This document shows, piece by piece, positions 28,441 through 38,117 of a DNA stretch of 64,000 nt. A model generated the notes under the pieces. The model made no database searches. It was given only the letters and a program-made list of their open reading frames with translations, and was not told the origin of the DNA. The translations under genes and the position numbers were made by a program. Source of the stretch: an uncultured Treponema sp. (lineage in GTDB: Bacteria > Spirochaetota > Spirochaetia > Treponematales > Treponemataceae); contig NZ_CAMHSK010000002.1 in the NCBI RefSeq assembly GCF_946187725.1, forward strand, positions 58,848-122,847, read 5' to 3'. Position 1 is the first letter of the stretch. Each line of letters opens with the position of its first letter.

Positions 28441-30993
28441 ATGCAAAAAACGAGCAAGTTTACAATCCTAATGATTTCAGGGCTTTTTTTCTGTGCGGCG
28501 GTTTTTGGTATTTCGCTCGGCCTTGCCCTTTCAAATACAAAATACATAATTGATAACGAAAATTTCACAGAATTTGATACGGCTCTTCCAACAAGAATCC
28601 TCGACATTAACGGTGAACTTATTACAGAACTTGCAAGCGAGGAAAAACGCGAGATTATAAGCATCAACAGGCTTCCTCAGCACATGATTGATGCACTCGT
28701 TTCCCGCGAAGACAGAATCTTCTACAAGCATCACGGATTTTCAGTCAAGGCACTTTTCAGAGCGGTTGTCGGTCAGGCATTGCATCTTTCGCTTGGAGGC
28801 GGCTCAACGCTCACTCAGCAGATTGCCGGAACGCTTTACTGCGACAGACGCGACATGTCATACATGCGAAAGCTAAAGGAACTCTGGTGGGCAATCCAAA
28901 TGGAGCGTCGTTTCTCCAAAAACGAAATTCTTGAGCTTTACTTAAACAAAATCTATTTCGGTGGCGGAACTTATGGTGTAAATGCCGCTAGCAAATACTA
29001 TTTCGGTCATGATGCCACAGAAATCACTCCTGCAGAAGCGGCAATTCTTGTCGTTCAGCTTTCAAACCCGGCACACTATAATCCTTTTGAATATCCAAAC
29101 CGTGCGATGGACAGACAGAAGTATGTCCTTTCAGCAATGGTAGAATCAGGCTTGATTACACAGGAACAGTCTGATACTTCCTTTGATGATTATTGGGCTA
29201 ATTTCGACTACACACGCACAGGAAACACTCAGATTCGTTCACGAGACGATAATGCTCCCTGGTTCTCGGAATATGTCCGCAGAGAGCTTTCTGACATGAT
29301 TTACGGTACCGATGATATTTATTCTTCAGGATTCACTGTAAACACAACGCTCAACCTCAAGAATCAAATTGCGGCCCAGAACACAATGGAGCGCTACATT
29401 GCATACGCAAACAGAACTTACCAGCGCTCAAGCACAGAACGACAGACCGAAGCATTTAAGGTCTATACACCGATTACAGAGCTTCTGACACTGGCATTCA
29501 ACCTCGGTGAGCTAAAAGTTTCAGAGCAGCGAAATGAAGCACTTGCACTTTCTACATATACAAAGACAATCAATCCGATTGTCGATGTCCTTTCTCTGGT
29601 GTGCGGAATCGACTCACTAAAAGTAGGTGTCGCAAACAAGGCAAATGCAGTCGCAAAATCAAATGTCGGAAAAAATGTTGTCGAAGGCACGATGATTGCA
29701 ATCGAGAATTCTACCGGTTACATCACATCTCTTGTCGGTGGAAGCAAATTTGACGGCGAAAATCAGTTCATAAGGGCAGTTCAGGCAAAACTGCAGCCAG
29801 GTTCTTCTTTCAAACCGCTTTACTATAGTGCGGCGATTGATTCAAGGCAGTACACGCCCAGCACAATCATCTCAGATACACCGGTCGTATTCCATACTGC
29901 TGACGGTAAGCCCTATATCCCGCAGAATTTCCGTGGAGAATGGAAAGGCGATGTTGAGCTTTGGTACGCGCTTGCTCATTCTATGAATGTTCCTTCACTC
30001 AAAATTCTTGACGGAATCGGTTTTGATACGGCTATAAACAGGGCAATTGATTTGCTCGGAATCCCACAAAATGAGATTCCATACAGAGGATTCGTTCCTG
30101 GCTACCCGATTGGTCTTGGTGTCTGTTCAGTCCGCCCAATCGAACTTGCCCACGCATATGCAATTTTTGCAAACGGCGGAAAAGAAGTCGTTCCTCTTGC
30201 AATCAGAAGCGTTGAAGATAAAAACGGCAATGTATTCTTAAATCCAGAAAAAGAACTCCGTCAAAGACAACAGGCAAAAGGTGATTCTACGCAGATAATT
30301 TCACCTGAAACAGCCCATGTAATGACAAAACTTCTCGAAAATACAGTTAAATCGGGTAGTTTGGCTGGTCCTACCGGCAATGGCTCAAAATTCACATATC
30401 GTGATTCAAAAGGCAAAAAATTCACGATTCCAGCCGCTGGAAAGACAGGAACAACACAGAACTGGGCCGACGCATGGACAGCATGTTTTACGCCTTACAT
30501 AACATCAATTTTCTGGTTCGGATTTGATAAGCCGGGTCAGTCACTCGGTCTTCAGCTCACAGGCTCTACTCTTGCTGGTTATGCAATGGCAAGCTACATG
30601 CAGAAAGCACATGACGGTCTTCCTTTCAAAGACTTCCCAAAGCCTTCAAACGGAACTGTTGAAGTTACGGTCTGCTCAATCAGCGGAGCACTTCCAACCG
30701 AAGACTGCGGTGAGCATAAAATCGCCCTCACCTTCCTTGATGGAACTCAGCCTACGGAGCTTTGTACTGTACATTCAGGCAATTCAACAGGAAGAATTCT
30801 TGGTATTTACAGGCTTGAACAGGAACTTTACAGGGCGGGTTTTGCAAGCGATTTGATTATCAAAGACCATGAACCGCTTTCTTTCAATCTTAATGCCGAA
30901 AATGAACTCGATGAATCAATGAAGTCTTCTTACGATTTCCTTGCAGAAGACGAATTCGGCAACGCACCTGATTACAACTATCTTTTGGATTAA
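28441..30993 (+). CDS. Class A penicillin-binding protein (PBP1A family)
   Basis: Start at the internal ATG (MQKTSKFTILMISGLFF, a TM anchor). GT51 motifs REDRIFYKHHGF and GGSTLTQQ. Transpeptidase motifs SSFK and KTGTT. Confidence 0.85.
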   Translation: MQKTSKFTILMISGLFFCAAVFGISLGLALSNTKYIIDNENFTEFDTALPTRILDINGELITELASEEKREIISINRLPQHMIDALVSREDRIFYKHHGFSVKALFRAVVGQALHLSLGGGSTLTQQIAGTLYCDRRDMSYMRKLKELWWAIQMERRFSKNEILELYLNKIYFGGGTYGVNAASKYYFGHDATEITPAEAAILVVQLSNPAHYNPFEYPNRAMDRQKYVLSAMVESGLITQEQSDTSFDDYWANFDYTRTGNTQIRSRDDNAPWFSEYVRRELSDMIYGTDDIYSSGFTVNTTLNLKNQIAAQNTMERYIAYANRTYQRSSTERQTEAFKVYTPITELLTLAFNLGELKVSEQRNEALALSTYTKTINPIVDVLSLVCGIDSLKVGVANKANAVAKSNVGKNVVEGTMIAIENSTGYITSLVGGSKFDGENQFIRAVQAKLQPGSSFKPLYYSAAIDSRQYTPSTIISDTPVVFHTADGKPYIPQNFRGEWKGDVELWYALAHSMNVPSLKILDGIGFDTAINRAIDLLGIPQNEIPYRGFVPGYPIGLGVCSVRPIELAHAYAIFANGGKEVVPLAIRSVEDKNGNVFLNPEKELRQRQQAKGDSTQIISPETAHVMTKLLENTVKSGSLAGPTGNGSKFTYRDSKGKKFTIPAAGKTGTTQNWADAWTACFTPYITSIFWFGFDKPGQSLGLQLTGSTLAGYAMASYMQKAHDGLPFKDFPKPSNGTVEVTVCSISGALPTEDCGEHKIALTFLDGTQPTELCTVHSGNSTGRILGIYRLEQELYRAGFASDLIIKDHEPLSFNLNAENELDESMKSSYDFLAEDEFGNAPDYNYLLD

Positions 30994-31070
30994 TAATTCG
31001 CTTAAATTCCTCACAGAGGGCACAGAGAGTTTTAATCAAGTGAAATCTTTCTTAAAAGCACTCAAAAAAT

Positions 31071-31140
31071 AAAACCACAGATGTAACGGATTTCACAGAT
31101 TTTAATTTTCAATCTGTGTCATCTGTGTAATCTGTGGTTT
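31071..31140. terminator. Nested bidirectional hairpin between the convergent PBP and flgE genes
   Basis: AAAACCACAGAT (31071-31082) pairs with ATCTGTGGTTTT (31129-31140). An inner TCACAGAT/ATCTGTG pairing is also present, and the CACAGAT/ATCTGTG motif occurs five times. Confidence 0.6.
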
Positions 31141-31176
31141 TCATTCTGCATTATTAATTATGCTTTATGAATTGTA

Positions 31177-32568
31177 TTATCGTTTCAAGCTCAAGACTGT
31201 CTCAAGCAGTGTATCTGCTGTCGTGATTGTCTTTGCGTTTGACTGGAAACCGCGCTGAGTTACGATCATATCAGTCATCTGCTCAGTCAAATCGACATTC
31301 GACATTTCCAATGCACCTGCCAAAAGATTTCCGGCACCAGCGATTCCTGCCGCGTTGATTTTTGCCTCACCAGAGTTGTTGCTCTTTACATAAGTGTTGT
31401 CACCAGCTTTTTCGAGACCGTTCTGGTTTGCGAAAGTTGCCATTGCGAGCTGACCGATTGTGCGGTTCGTACCGTTTGAATAAACGCCTGTAATTGAACC
31501 AGTTGAGTCAATCTTGAAGTTCTCAAGGTAGCCCAATGTATAGCCGTCCTGATAGAAAGCTTTTGTTGAACTTGCAGAAGCACTCTGTGTTACAGTGTTA
31601 ATCATGCTTCCGATTGTTCCCAAGTTGATGTTCATTGTCTGGCGGTATGGATTTCCGTCTGCATCAGCGTTTGAATCAGGAACAGTGTATGAAGCCTGAA
31701 GGATGATTTCACCATTCGGATTAGAAGCGTTTCCTGCTGAATCAGTAACAGAAGCCAAAGTTCCGTTATTGTCGAATGAAACTGTGAATGTGTTTTCTAC
31801 ACCGTCAGTTGTTCCCAATCCTACGCGAGTCTGTGTGAAATCAGCATTGTCCGGATCAATCTGAACACTTGCATTCCACTGGTTTGGATTTCCGCGGACG
31901 CGAGTGAAGTTTACATTCAAAAGATGCTCGTTACCGAATGAATCATAGATTTTGAATTCAGTGTTCCAGGTTCCTTTTGCGACATCAGCTTCAGTTGCAT
32001 TCTCAGGAATTTCAGGTGTATTTTTGTTCAAGTTGCAGGCAAAATTGATATTCTGAGTAGCTTTTGCAGGGTCTTTTGAACCTACAGGAATTGTCAAATC
32101 TGTCGGAGTTGCAGCTGTCTGAACAACCATTTCTCCGTTAAGCTCACGAGCCATCCAACCCTGAACGCGCATTCCGTTTGCAGGATTTACAAGAGTTCCG
32201 TTCTGGTCAAGTGAGAAAGCACCAGCACGAGTGTAGTAAGATTTTTCACCGCTCTTCTCAATGAAGAAACCGTTACCCTGAATTGCAATATCAGTAGAGA
32301 TACCTGTTGACTGAAGGTTTCCCTGTGTGAAAACTGTGTCGATTGCAGCAACGGTCATACCAAGTCCGACTTCTTTCGGGTTAACACCACCCTTCTCTTC
32401 AGTTGGTTTTGCTGCCCCCTGAAGCTGCTGGCTGATCATGTCCTGAAAATTAACACGACCGCGTTTGAAACCAGTTGTGTTTACATTGGCAATGTTGTTG
32501 CCGATTACATCCATTCGTGTCTGATGATTCTGCAAACCAGAAACGCCAGAATAAAGTGATCTCATCAT
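31177..32568 (-). CDS. flgE: Flagellar hook protein FlgE
   Basis: 463 aa. N-terminus [35 protein letters not shown] and C-terminus [28 protein letters not shown]. Confidence 0.95.
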   Translation of the reverse strand: MMRSLYSGVSGLQNHQTRMDVIGNNIANVNTTGFKRGRVNFQDMISQQLQGAAKPTEEKGGVNPKEVGLGMTVAAIDTVFTQGNLQSTGISTDIAIQGNGFFIEKSGEKSYYTRAGAFSLDQNGTLVNPANGMRVQGWMARELNGEMVVQTAATPTDLTIPVGSKDPAKATQNINFACNLNKNTPEIPENATEADVAKGTWNTEFKIYDSFGNEHLLNVNFTRVRGNPNQWNASVQIDPDNADFTQTRVGLGTTDGVENTFTVSFDNNGTLASVTDSAGNASNPNGEIILQASYTVPDSNADADGNPYRQTMNINLGTIGSMINTVTQSASASSTKAFYQDGYTLGYLENFKIDSTGSITGVYSNGTNRTIGQLAMATFANQNGLEKAGDNTYVKSNNSGEAKINAAGIAGAGNLLAGALEMSNVDLTEQMTDMIVTQRGFQSNAKTITTADTLLETVLSLKR

Positions 32569-32597
32569 ATAGCTACCCTCTTTTTCCTTTCTTATTC

Positions 32598-33065
32598 TTA
32601 GAAGCCGTAAACAGCCTTGATTTTATTCATATCGTAGAACATACCGTTCACCTGCACCTGTGGGGAAGTTCCTCTTGTTGCAGCCTCAACAACACCAGTC
32701 GTTGTCTGTTCTGCTCCGAGGTCAATCTGAACAGTGTGACCAAGCATACTCTGAGCTTCGCTCGAATTAAACATTGAAGTCATTCTCTCAAAATTCTGAC
32801 TCATGTTTGTCATCTGCTCCAATGATGAAAACTGTGCCATCTGTGCGATGAATTCAGTGTTCTCCATCGGACTTGTCGGATCCTGGTTCGTCATCTGAGC
32901 CATCAAAAGCTTCAAAAAGTCATCCTTTCCAAGTTCATTGCTCGCGACTCTGCCCTGTCGAAGTTCAGCGTCAAGCTTCTTGTTGAAACCATTTACAACA
33001 TTATCGACCTTGAACTTGTCCTGAGCGCTCATCGTTGTGTTGATGTTAGCTGCTGTCATTTCCAT
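32598..33065 (-). CDS. flgD: Flagellar hook capping/assembly protein FlgD
   Basis: [21 protein letters not shown] is the FlgD signature. Start set at Met6 of the ORF, which has a GGGG SD-like run upstream. Confidence 0.85.
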   Translation of the reverse strand: MEMTAANINTTMSAQDKFKVDNVVNGFNKKLDAELRQGRVASNELGKDDFLKLLMAQMTNQDPTSPMENTEFIAQMAQFSSLEQMTNMSQNFERMTSMFNSSEAQSMLGHTVQIDLGAEQTTTGVVEAATRGTSPQVQVNGMFYDMNKIKAVYGF

Positions 33066-33106
33066 ATTTTTACCCCACATATAGCGTAGTAAACGCTACA
33101 CTTCAA

Positions 33107-33133
33107 ATATCGGCATTCAGATTCCCGACTTTA
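33107..33133 (-). promoter_or_regulatory. sigma28 (FliA)-type promoter between fliK and flgD
   Basis: The minus strand reads TAAAGTCG-GGAATCTGAAT-GCCGATAT, that is TAAA-N15-GCCGATAT. The class 3 consensus is TAAAGTTT-N11-GCCGATAA. Confidence 0.6.
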
Positions 33134-33141
33134 TAAAATTC

Positions 33142-34617
33142 TCACGCCACAATATTGATTCCATATGCTCCGTCACCATAGGAATCTGGTGTATTTTCGG
33201 CAGAAAGTGTGCCTGTTGTGACGAAATCACCGTAGGTTTTCTGAGCATAAATTGCCGAATTCTGCTGATTCTGGCTGCCATCTCCCTGCGCAAAGCCCTG
33301 CTGATTCTGATTATTTGAGAAATTCAAATCAAAACTGCCGGTTTCAAAGCCGCTTTCGGCAAAAGCCTGTTTCAAACTCGGAATACTTTCACGGAAAGCA
33401 TCCATTGCCTCTTTTGTCTGAACAGTTATCTGTGCAGAAAGATTTTTATCATCTAGGTTCAGTGAAATTTTTACATTTCCCAAGCCTTCTGGTCGCAAAA
33501 TCAGATTGATTGAGCCCTGGTTGTTGTCTTTTAGGACGATATTTCCAGCTTTTACGAATTCCGGTGCGTTTTCCTGAACTGCATTTGAAAGCATCTGCTG
33601 GAAATCAGAACCTGAAGCACCCGCAACCTGAGCAGATGAAGAAGTAATGTTCTCCTGTGCACGAGCGGCCAGTTCCATTGTCATCTGCATGGCTCCGTCA
33701 GCCTGTTTTTGCATTGAAAGATTTATCTCTTTCTTTTCAGCTGATTTCTGGACAACTTTATCCGATGCGATTTTCGCTGCATTTTTATCAGCGGCATCAT
33801 CAACGAGATGCCTTGTCCTCAAATCATGTACTGAAAGTTTTGCGCCCTTCTTCTTTTCATCTGTCTCTTTTGAAGCAAGATTTTTTCTTGTGTCATCTAA
33901 ATTCAGCTCTGTTTTTACAGTTCCGGCCGCATTTATATCAGAAAGCTCAGTGGCAATATTCTCAAGGAAAAATTGAGGGTCATTTGCCGCAAGATTCTGT
34001 GCTGATTCAAGTTTTTCGGATTCACTTTCAAATCCAGGAATGAATTCAACGGCGGCATCAATCATCTTCGCGAAATCTTCGGATGACATAGTTTCATTAG
34101 AATCATCAACTCTTGAAGATGAGAGCCATGAAATCATTTTGCTGTCAATCTCAATAGTATCTTCTAAAGCAATATTTCCATTTTCGCTGACAGACTCACT
34201 ATCAGAAAGCTCATTTTTTTGAATCATATTATTGAGATTTTGGATTCTTGCCGCGACTTCCTCAGATGAACCGAGACCAGCTGATTTATCTTCATTTTCG
34301 TCAGCGTTTTTGCCGTCTTTTTCTGCAATCTTTGAATTTTTCTCACGATTTTCAGTTTTTGCGTCTTTTTCAGAATCATCGATTTCTTTGTCAGATTCAG
34401 GACGACTTTCGTTTTTGGCGACTTTATTTTCATCGGCCGGCTTTCTTTCCTCAGTTTTTTCAGGCTCAGAAGAATTAGATTTTCTCGCTTCATCCAGTGC
34501 TTTCGCAAAGGAAGCTTTATTCGAGTCAATATTTGTATCACGCTCAGACTGAAACTGCGCTCTCGAATCTTGATGAACTGTCTGTGTCTGTAATTGAGAA
34601 ACTGAAAGAATATTCAT
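33142..34617 (-). CDS. fliK: Flagellar hook-length control protein FliK (Tap1 in treponemes)
   Basis: Acidic low-complexity N-terminal half. C-terminal Flg_hook domain (SINLILRPEGLGNVKISLNLDDKNLSAQITVQT). Start set at MNILSV, which has a GGGGGA SD. Confidence 0.75.
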   Translation of the reverse strand: MNILSVSQLQTQTVHQDSRAQFQSERDTNIDSNKASFAKALDEARKSNSSEPEKTEERKPADENKVAKNESRPESDKEIDDSEKDAKTENREKNSKIAEKDGKNADENEDKSAGLGSSEEVAARIQNLNNMIQKNELSDSESVSENGNIALEDTIEIDSKMISWLSSSRVDDSNETMSSEDFAKMIDAAVEFIPGFESESEKLESAQNLAANDPQFFLENIATELSDINAAGTVKTELNLDDTRKNLASKETDEKKKGAKLSVHDLRTRHLVDDAADKNAAKIASDKVVQKSAEKKEINLSMQKQADGAMQMTMELAARAQENITSSSAQVAGASGSDFQQMLSNAVQENAPEFVKAGNIVLKDNNQGSINLILRPEGLGNVKISLNLDDKNLSAQITVQTKEAMDAFRESIPSLKQAFAESGFETGSFDLNFSNNQNQQGFAQGDGSQNQQNSAIYAQKTYGDFVTTGTLSAENTPDSYGDGAYGINIVA

Positions 34618-34751
34618 GGCACATCCCCCATTTTTTAACAAGAAAACTATGCAACAGAGCCGTCGTTTTTATGAACAGCCTCTGATAAAATTTTCGATGT
34701 CTACTCTTCTATCATCGTATTTTTTTGAGGAAATGTTGAATATTTTTCACA

Positions 34752-35516
34752 TTATTCTGAGTGTTTTTTTATGATAATCAGCGAAAGATAGGCGTTTTCA
34801 AAATCCTCAGGACTCATGCTCAAAATCTCGTTGCCGAAAAAAGTTTTTTCATCAGGAAGGCTCGATTTTTGAACAAGCAGCGAATATTGAATCAAATCCA
34901 TCTCGCTTAAAAGTGAAATTATTTCTTTTAAATGACGGCCCATTTTCATAAGGATTTTTGTTCCTTCGCCTTCCAATGCCGATTTTAACTTTGACTCCTT
35001 GAAAAACGAATCTGCGGGAAGCACGGTAAGAGGCTCGTTTTTTTCACACAAAGAGAGCCCAAAAGAAGCCGACGCGGAAGAAAAAGAATTGACACCAGCG
35101 ATGAATTTGACTTCGAAACCAGCCTTTTTGACAATGGAAGACAGGCGGCCGGCAGTTGAATAAAGCGAAACATCGCCAATTGAGAGCATTGAAACATTTT
35201 TCCCTGATTTGAGAAAGTCTGCACATTCCGCGGCAATTTTTTCATATTCGGAATCGGATTTGGTCTTGCTGTCCGTCATTGAAAAAATGCACGGAATCAG
35301 CTTTTTGGTGGGCAAATCTATTTCATTTTCAAGAGATTTAATTGCATCAAGTGCGATTGAATTTCTTTCACTTTGCGGATAATAAATGACTTCGGATTCT
35401 TTCAAGACACGGACTGCCTGTAAGGTGAGCAACTCCGCATTTCCAGCACCGCAGCTCACAGCATAAAAGATTCCGGATTTTTTATTTTGAACAGTATTTG
35501 ATTCTTTTTTCAACAC
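34752..35516 (-). CDS. Tetrapyrrole (corrin/porphyrin) methylase family protein, CobI/CbiL-like
   Basis: 254 aa. N-terminal GIFYAVSCGAGNAELLTLQAVRVLKESEVIYYP matches the TP_methylase fold. No other cobalamin genes are nearby. Confidence 0.55.
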   Translation of the reverse strand: MLKKESNTVQNKKSGIFYAVSCGAGNAELLTLQAVRVLKESEVIYYPQSERNSIALDAIKSLENEIDLPTKKLIPCIFSMTDSKTKSDSEYEKIAAECADFLKSGKNVSMLSIGDVSLYSTAGRLSSIVKKAGFEVKFIAGVNSFSSASASFGLSLCEKNEPLTVLPADSFFKESKLKSALEGEGTKILMKMGRHLKEIISLLSEMDLIQYSLLVQKSSLPDEKTFFGNEILSMSPEDFENAYLSLIIIKKHSE

Positions 35517-35587
35517 AGAATGAGTATATCATATCCTTTAAGAAAAAAATCTACCAAAAATACATTTTCTGGCTTATACTTAAAGGC

Positions 35588-38035
35588 ATGGCAGGAAAAA
35601 AATTACCAGGATTCGCTACGAAATTTGCGATTACAGTCTCAGTTTTGCTGCTTTCGGCAAATATTTTTCTTGGTTTTATGCTTACGGATACCTCCCGCTC
35701 AGCATTAAAAATTTTGATTCAAAACCGTATGCTCGACATTTCAAACACTGCCGCAGACATGCTGGACGGAGATATTCTCAAAAATCTCAAAGCAGAAGAC
35801 AAGGGAAGCGAAGAATATCAAAAAATCAATGACACGCTCGCTTTTTTCCAAAATAATATCGACCTCAAATACATTTACTGCGTACACGATGACGGAGATA
35901 AACATTTTTCGTTTACAGTTGATCCTACTATCGAAGATCCGGGCATTTTCGGCGACCCAGTAGTATATACGGACGCACTTTATGCCGCGAGCAAAGGCAA
36001 GCCAAGCGTTGATGAAGAGCCTTATACTGATGACTGGGGGCGTTTTTACAGCTCATACAGCCCAGTATTTGATTCTGAAGGAAAAGTCGCGGGAATCGTA
36101 GCAGTTGATTTTTCAGCGCAATGGTACGATGAGCAAATTTCAAAGCAGACTCATTCAATTCTTTTCAGCAGCATGATTTCAATAGTCCTGGGCGTGCTTT
36201 TGGTTCTGATTGCAACAACAAGACTTCGAAGACAGATAAAAACCATCATTTCTGAACTTTCAGATGTCGCAAAGGATGTGGACGAACTCACACTGGAAAT
36301 AAATCCCGATGCCGTTCAGGAACCCTGTGAAACCTTCCATAAAGATGAGGTGTCTGCCCTTGCAGCGCGGATTCATCAGGTACAAGAAGGGCTTCACACC
36401 TACACCCGGAACATTCATTCTCAGGCAAACAGCATGATTACAGCCCTTTCTTCCGAGTACAGAAGCGTCTATTACATCAATCTTGACGAAAATTCTGGAA
36501 TCTGCTATCAGGCACATTCCCAGCTCGATAACGGGCTTCATCAGGGGGAGCAATTTAAATACATTGAAACCTTTACGGCTTATGCAAATGCCTATGTTAC
36601 CGAAAAATACCGCGCAGATTTCCTTAATTTCGTAAACCCGAACTCAGTTCGGCAGGCTCTAGAACATGAGAGAATCATCACTTTCCGCTACATGATAAAC
36701 CGAAATGGAATCGAATCTTACGAAATGATGCGGATTGCAGGAGTGAGGCATCCAGAAGACCGTGATGACCATATTGTTCACGCAATCGGTCTTGGATTCA
36801 CGGATGTTGATGCAGAAACACGGCGAACGCTTACACAAAGTCAGGCCCTCAGGGATGCACTTTCAGCCGCAGAAAGCGCCAACAGTGCAAAAACGGCCTT
36901 CCTTTCAAACATGAGCCACGAAATACGCACCCCGATGAATGCAATCATCGGTTTAAACAGAATTGCCCTCAGCGACCAAACTATATCGAGCGAAACCCGT
37001 GAATATCTCGAAAAAATCGGCACATCTGCGGATCATCTTCTCGATATCATAAACGACATTCTTGATATGAGCAGAATTGAGGCAGGTCGAATGGTATTAC
37101 GGGAAGAAGTTTTCTCTCTTTCCGAACTGCTTGAACAAATCAATGTAATGATTGGAAGTCAGTGCAAAGAAAAAAATCTTACATGGAAGCAGGAAATTCA
37201 AAAAAGCAGCTTCGATTACTATGTCGGCGATGACATGCGTCTAAAAGAAATCATGATTAATATCCTTGGAAATGCGGTAAAATTCACACCTGAAGGCGGC
37301 GAAGTCAGTTTCAGCGTTGAACAAATCCAGCATTATGACGGAAAATCAGTATTCCGCTTTGTGATTAAAGACACGGGAATTGGAATGAGTCAGGACTTTC
37401 TCTCAAAACTTTTCGATCCGTTCAGTCAGGAAGATTTTTCGACAAAAACAAAATATGGAAGCACTGGTCTTGGAATGTCAATCACAAAGAGCATTGTCGA
37501 AATGATGAACGGCGAAATTCAGGTAGAAAGCCAAAAAGGTAAAGGCTCAACATTTACCGTCACGCTTACACTTACAGATTCAGACAAGCAGAATTGCGAA
37601 TCAGAAGAGCAAGATAAACTTCAGGATGAAACAAAAAATAAGGCAGATTTAAAAGGAAGGCATATTCTTGTCGCTGAAGACATGGATGTAAACGCAGAGA
37701 TAATTCTTATGGTTCTTCAGATTAGGGAAATGGAAGCAGAGCGTGCACAAAACGGAAAAATCGCTGTCGAAAAATTCAACGGAAAACCAGAAGGATATTA
37801 CGACGCGATTCTTATGGATATGCGAATGCCAGAAATGGACGGACTTGAAGCCACAAGGGCAATTCGTGCCCTAGACAGAAAAGATGCAAAAACTATTCCG
37901 ATTATCGCACTTACGGCAAATGCCTTTGATGAGGATGTTCAGAGAAGCCTGCAATCAGGATTAAATGCACATCTATCAAAACCAATTGATGCAGAACTTC
38001 TCTACGAAACGCTTGAAAGGCTTATAGAAAATTAG
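35588..38035 (+). CDS. Hybrid sensor histidine kinase/response regulator
   Basis: Start at the internal MAGKKLPGF. Two TM segments flank an extracytoplasmic Cache-like region. H-box SHEIRTPMNAI, plus N/G boxes GNAVKFTPEGG, DTGIGM and GSTGLGMS. C-terminal receiver domain (ILMDMRMPEMDG). Confidence 0.85.
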   Translation: MAGKKLPGFATKFAITVSVLLLSANIFLGFMLTDTSRSALKILIQNRMLDISNTAADMLDGDILKNLKAEDKGSEEYQKINDTLAFFQNNIDLKYIYCVHDDGDKHFSFTVDPTIEDPGIFGDPVVYTDALYAASKGKPSVDEEPYTDDWGRFYSSYSPVFDSEGKVAGIVAVDFSAQWYDEQISKQTHSILFSSMISIVLGVLLVLIATTRLRRQIKTIISELSDVAKDVDELTLEINPDAVQEPCETFHKDEVSALAARIHQVQEGLHTYTRNIHSQANSMITALSSEYRSVYYINLDENSGICYQAHSQLDNGLHQGEQFKYIETFTAYANAYVTEKYRADFLNFVNPNSVRQALEHERIITFRYMINRNGIESYEMMRIAGVRHPEDRDDHIVHAIGLGFTDVDAETRRTLTQSQALRDALSAAESANSAKTAFLSNMSHEIRTPMNAIIGLNRIALSDQTISSETREYLEKIGTSADHLLDIINDILDMSRIEAGRMVLREEVFSLSELLEQINVMIGSQCKEKNLTWKQEIQKSSFDYYVGDDMRLKEIMINILGNAVKFTPEGGEVSFSVEQIQHYDGKSVFRFVIKDTGIGMSQDFLSKLFDPFSQEDFSTKTKYGSTGLGMSITKSIVEMMNGEIQVESQKGKGSTFTVTLTLTDSDKQNCESEEQDKLQDETKNKADLKGRHILVAEDMDVNAEIILMVLQIREMEAERAQNGKIAVEKFNGKPEGYYDAILMDMRMPEMDGLEATRAIRALDRKDAKTIPIIALTANAFDEDVQRSLQSGLNAHLSKPIDAELLYETLERLIEN

Positions 38036-38117
38036 GGGAGCACAGATTAACACTTAACGCGATTAATCCGCACTCCCCATCAAATTACAGGATTAGATTT
38101 TCAGGAACTGCCCCATA

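Noticed and set aside
33647-34552. Several 100-130-aa plus-strand ORFs antisense to fliK
   Set aside because: They are mirror images of the low-complexity acidic/Ser-rich FliK region. Their peptides are S/F-rich with no signals.
34642-34751. sigma28 or sigma70 promoter upstream of fliK
   Set aside because: Only weak partial matches (TACGATGA, ATCGAAAA) without a correctly spaced TAAA or TTGACA. This is not good enough to report as a feature.
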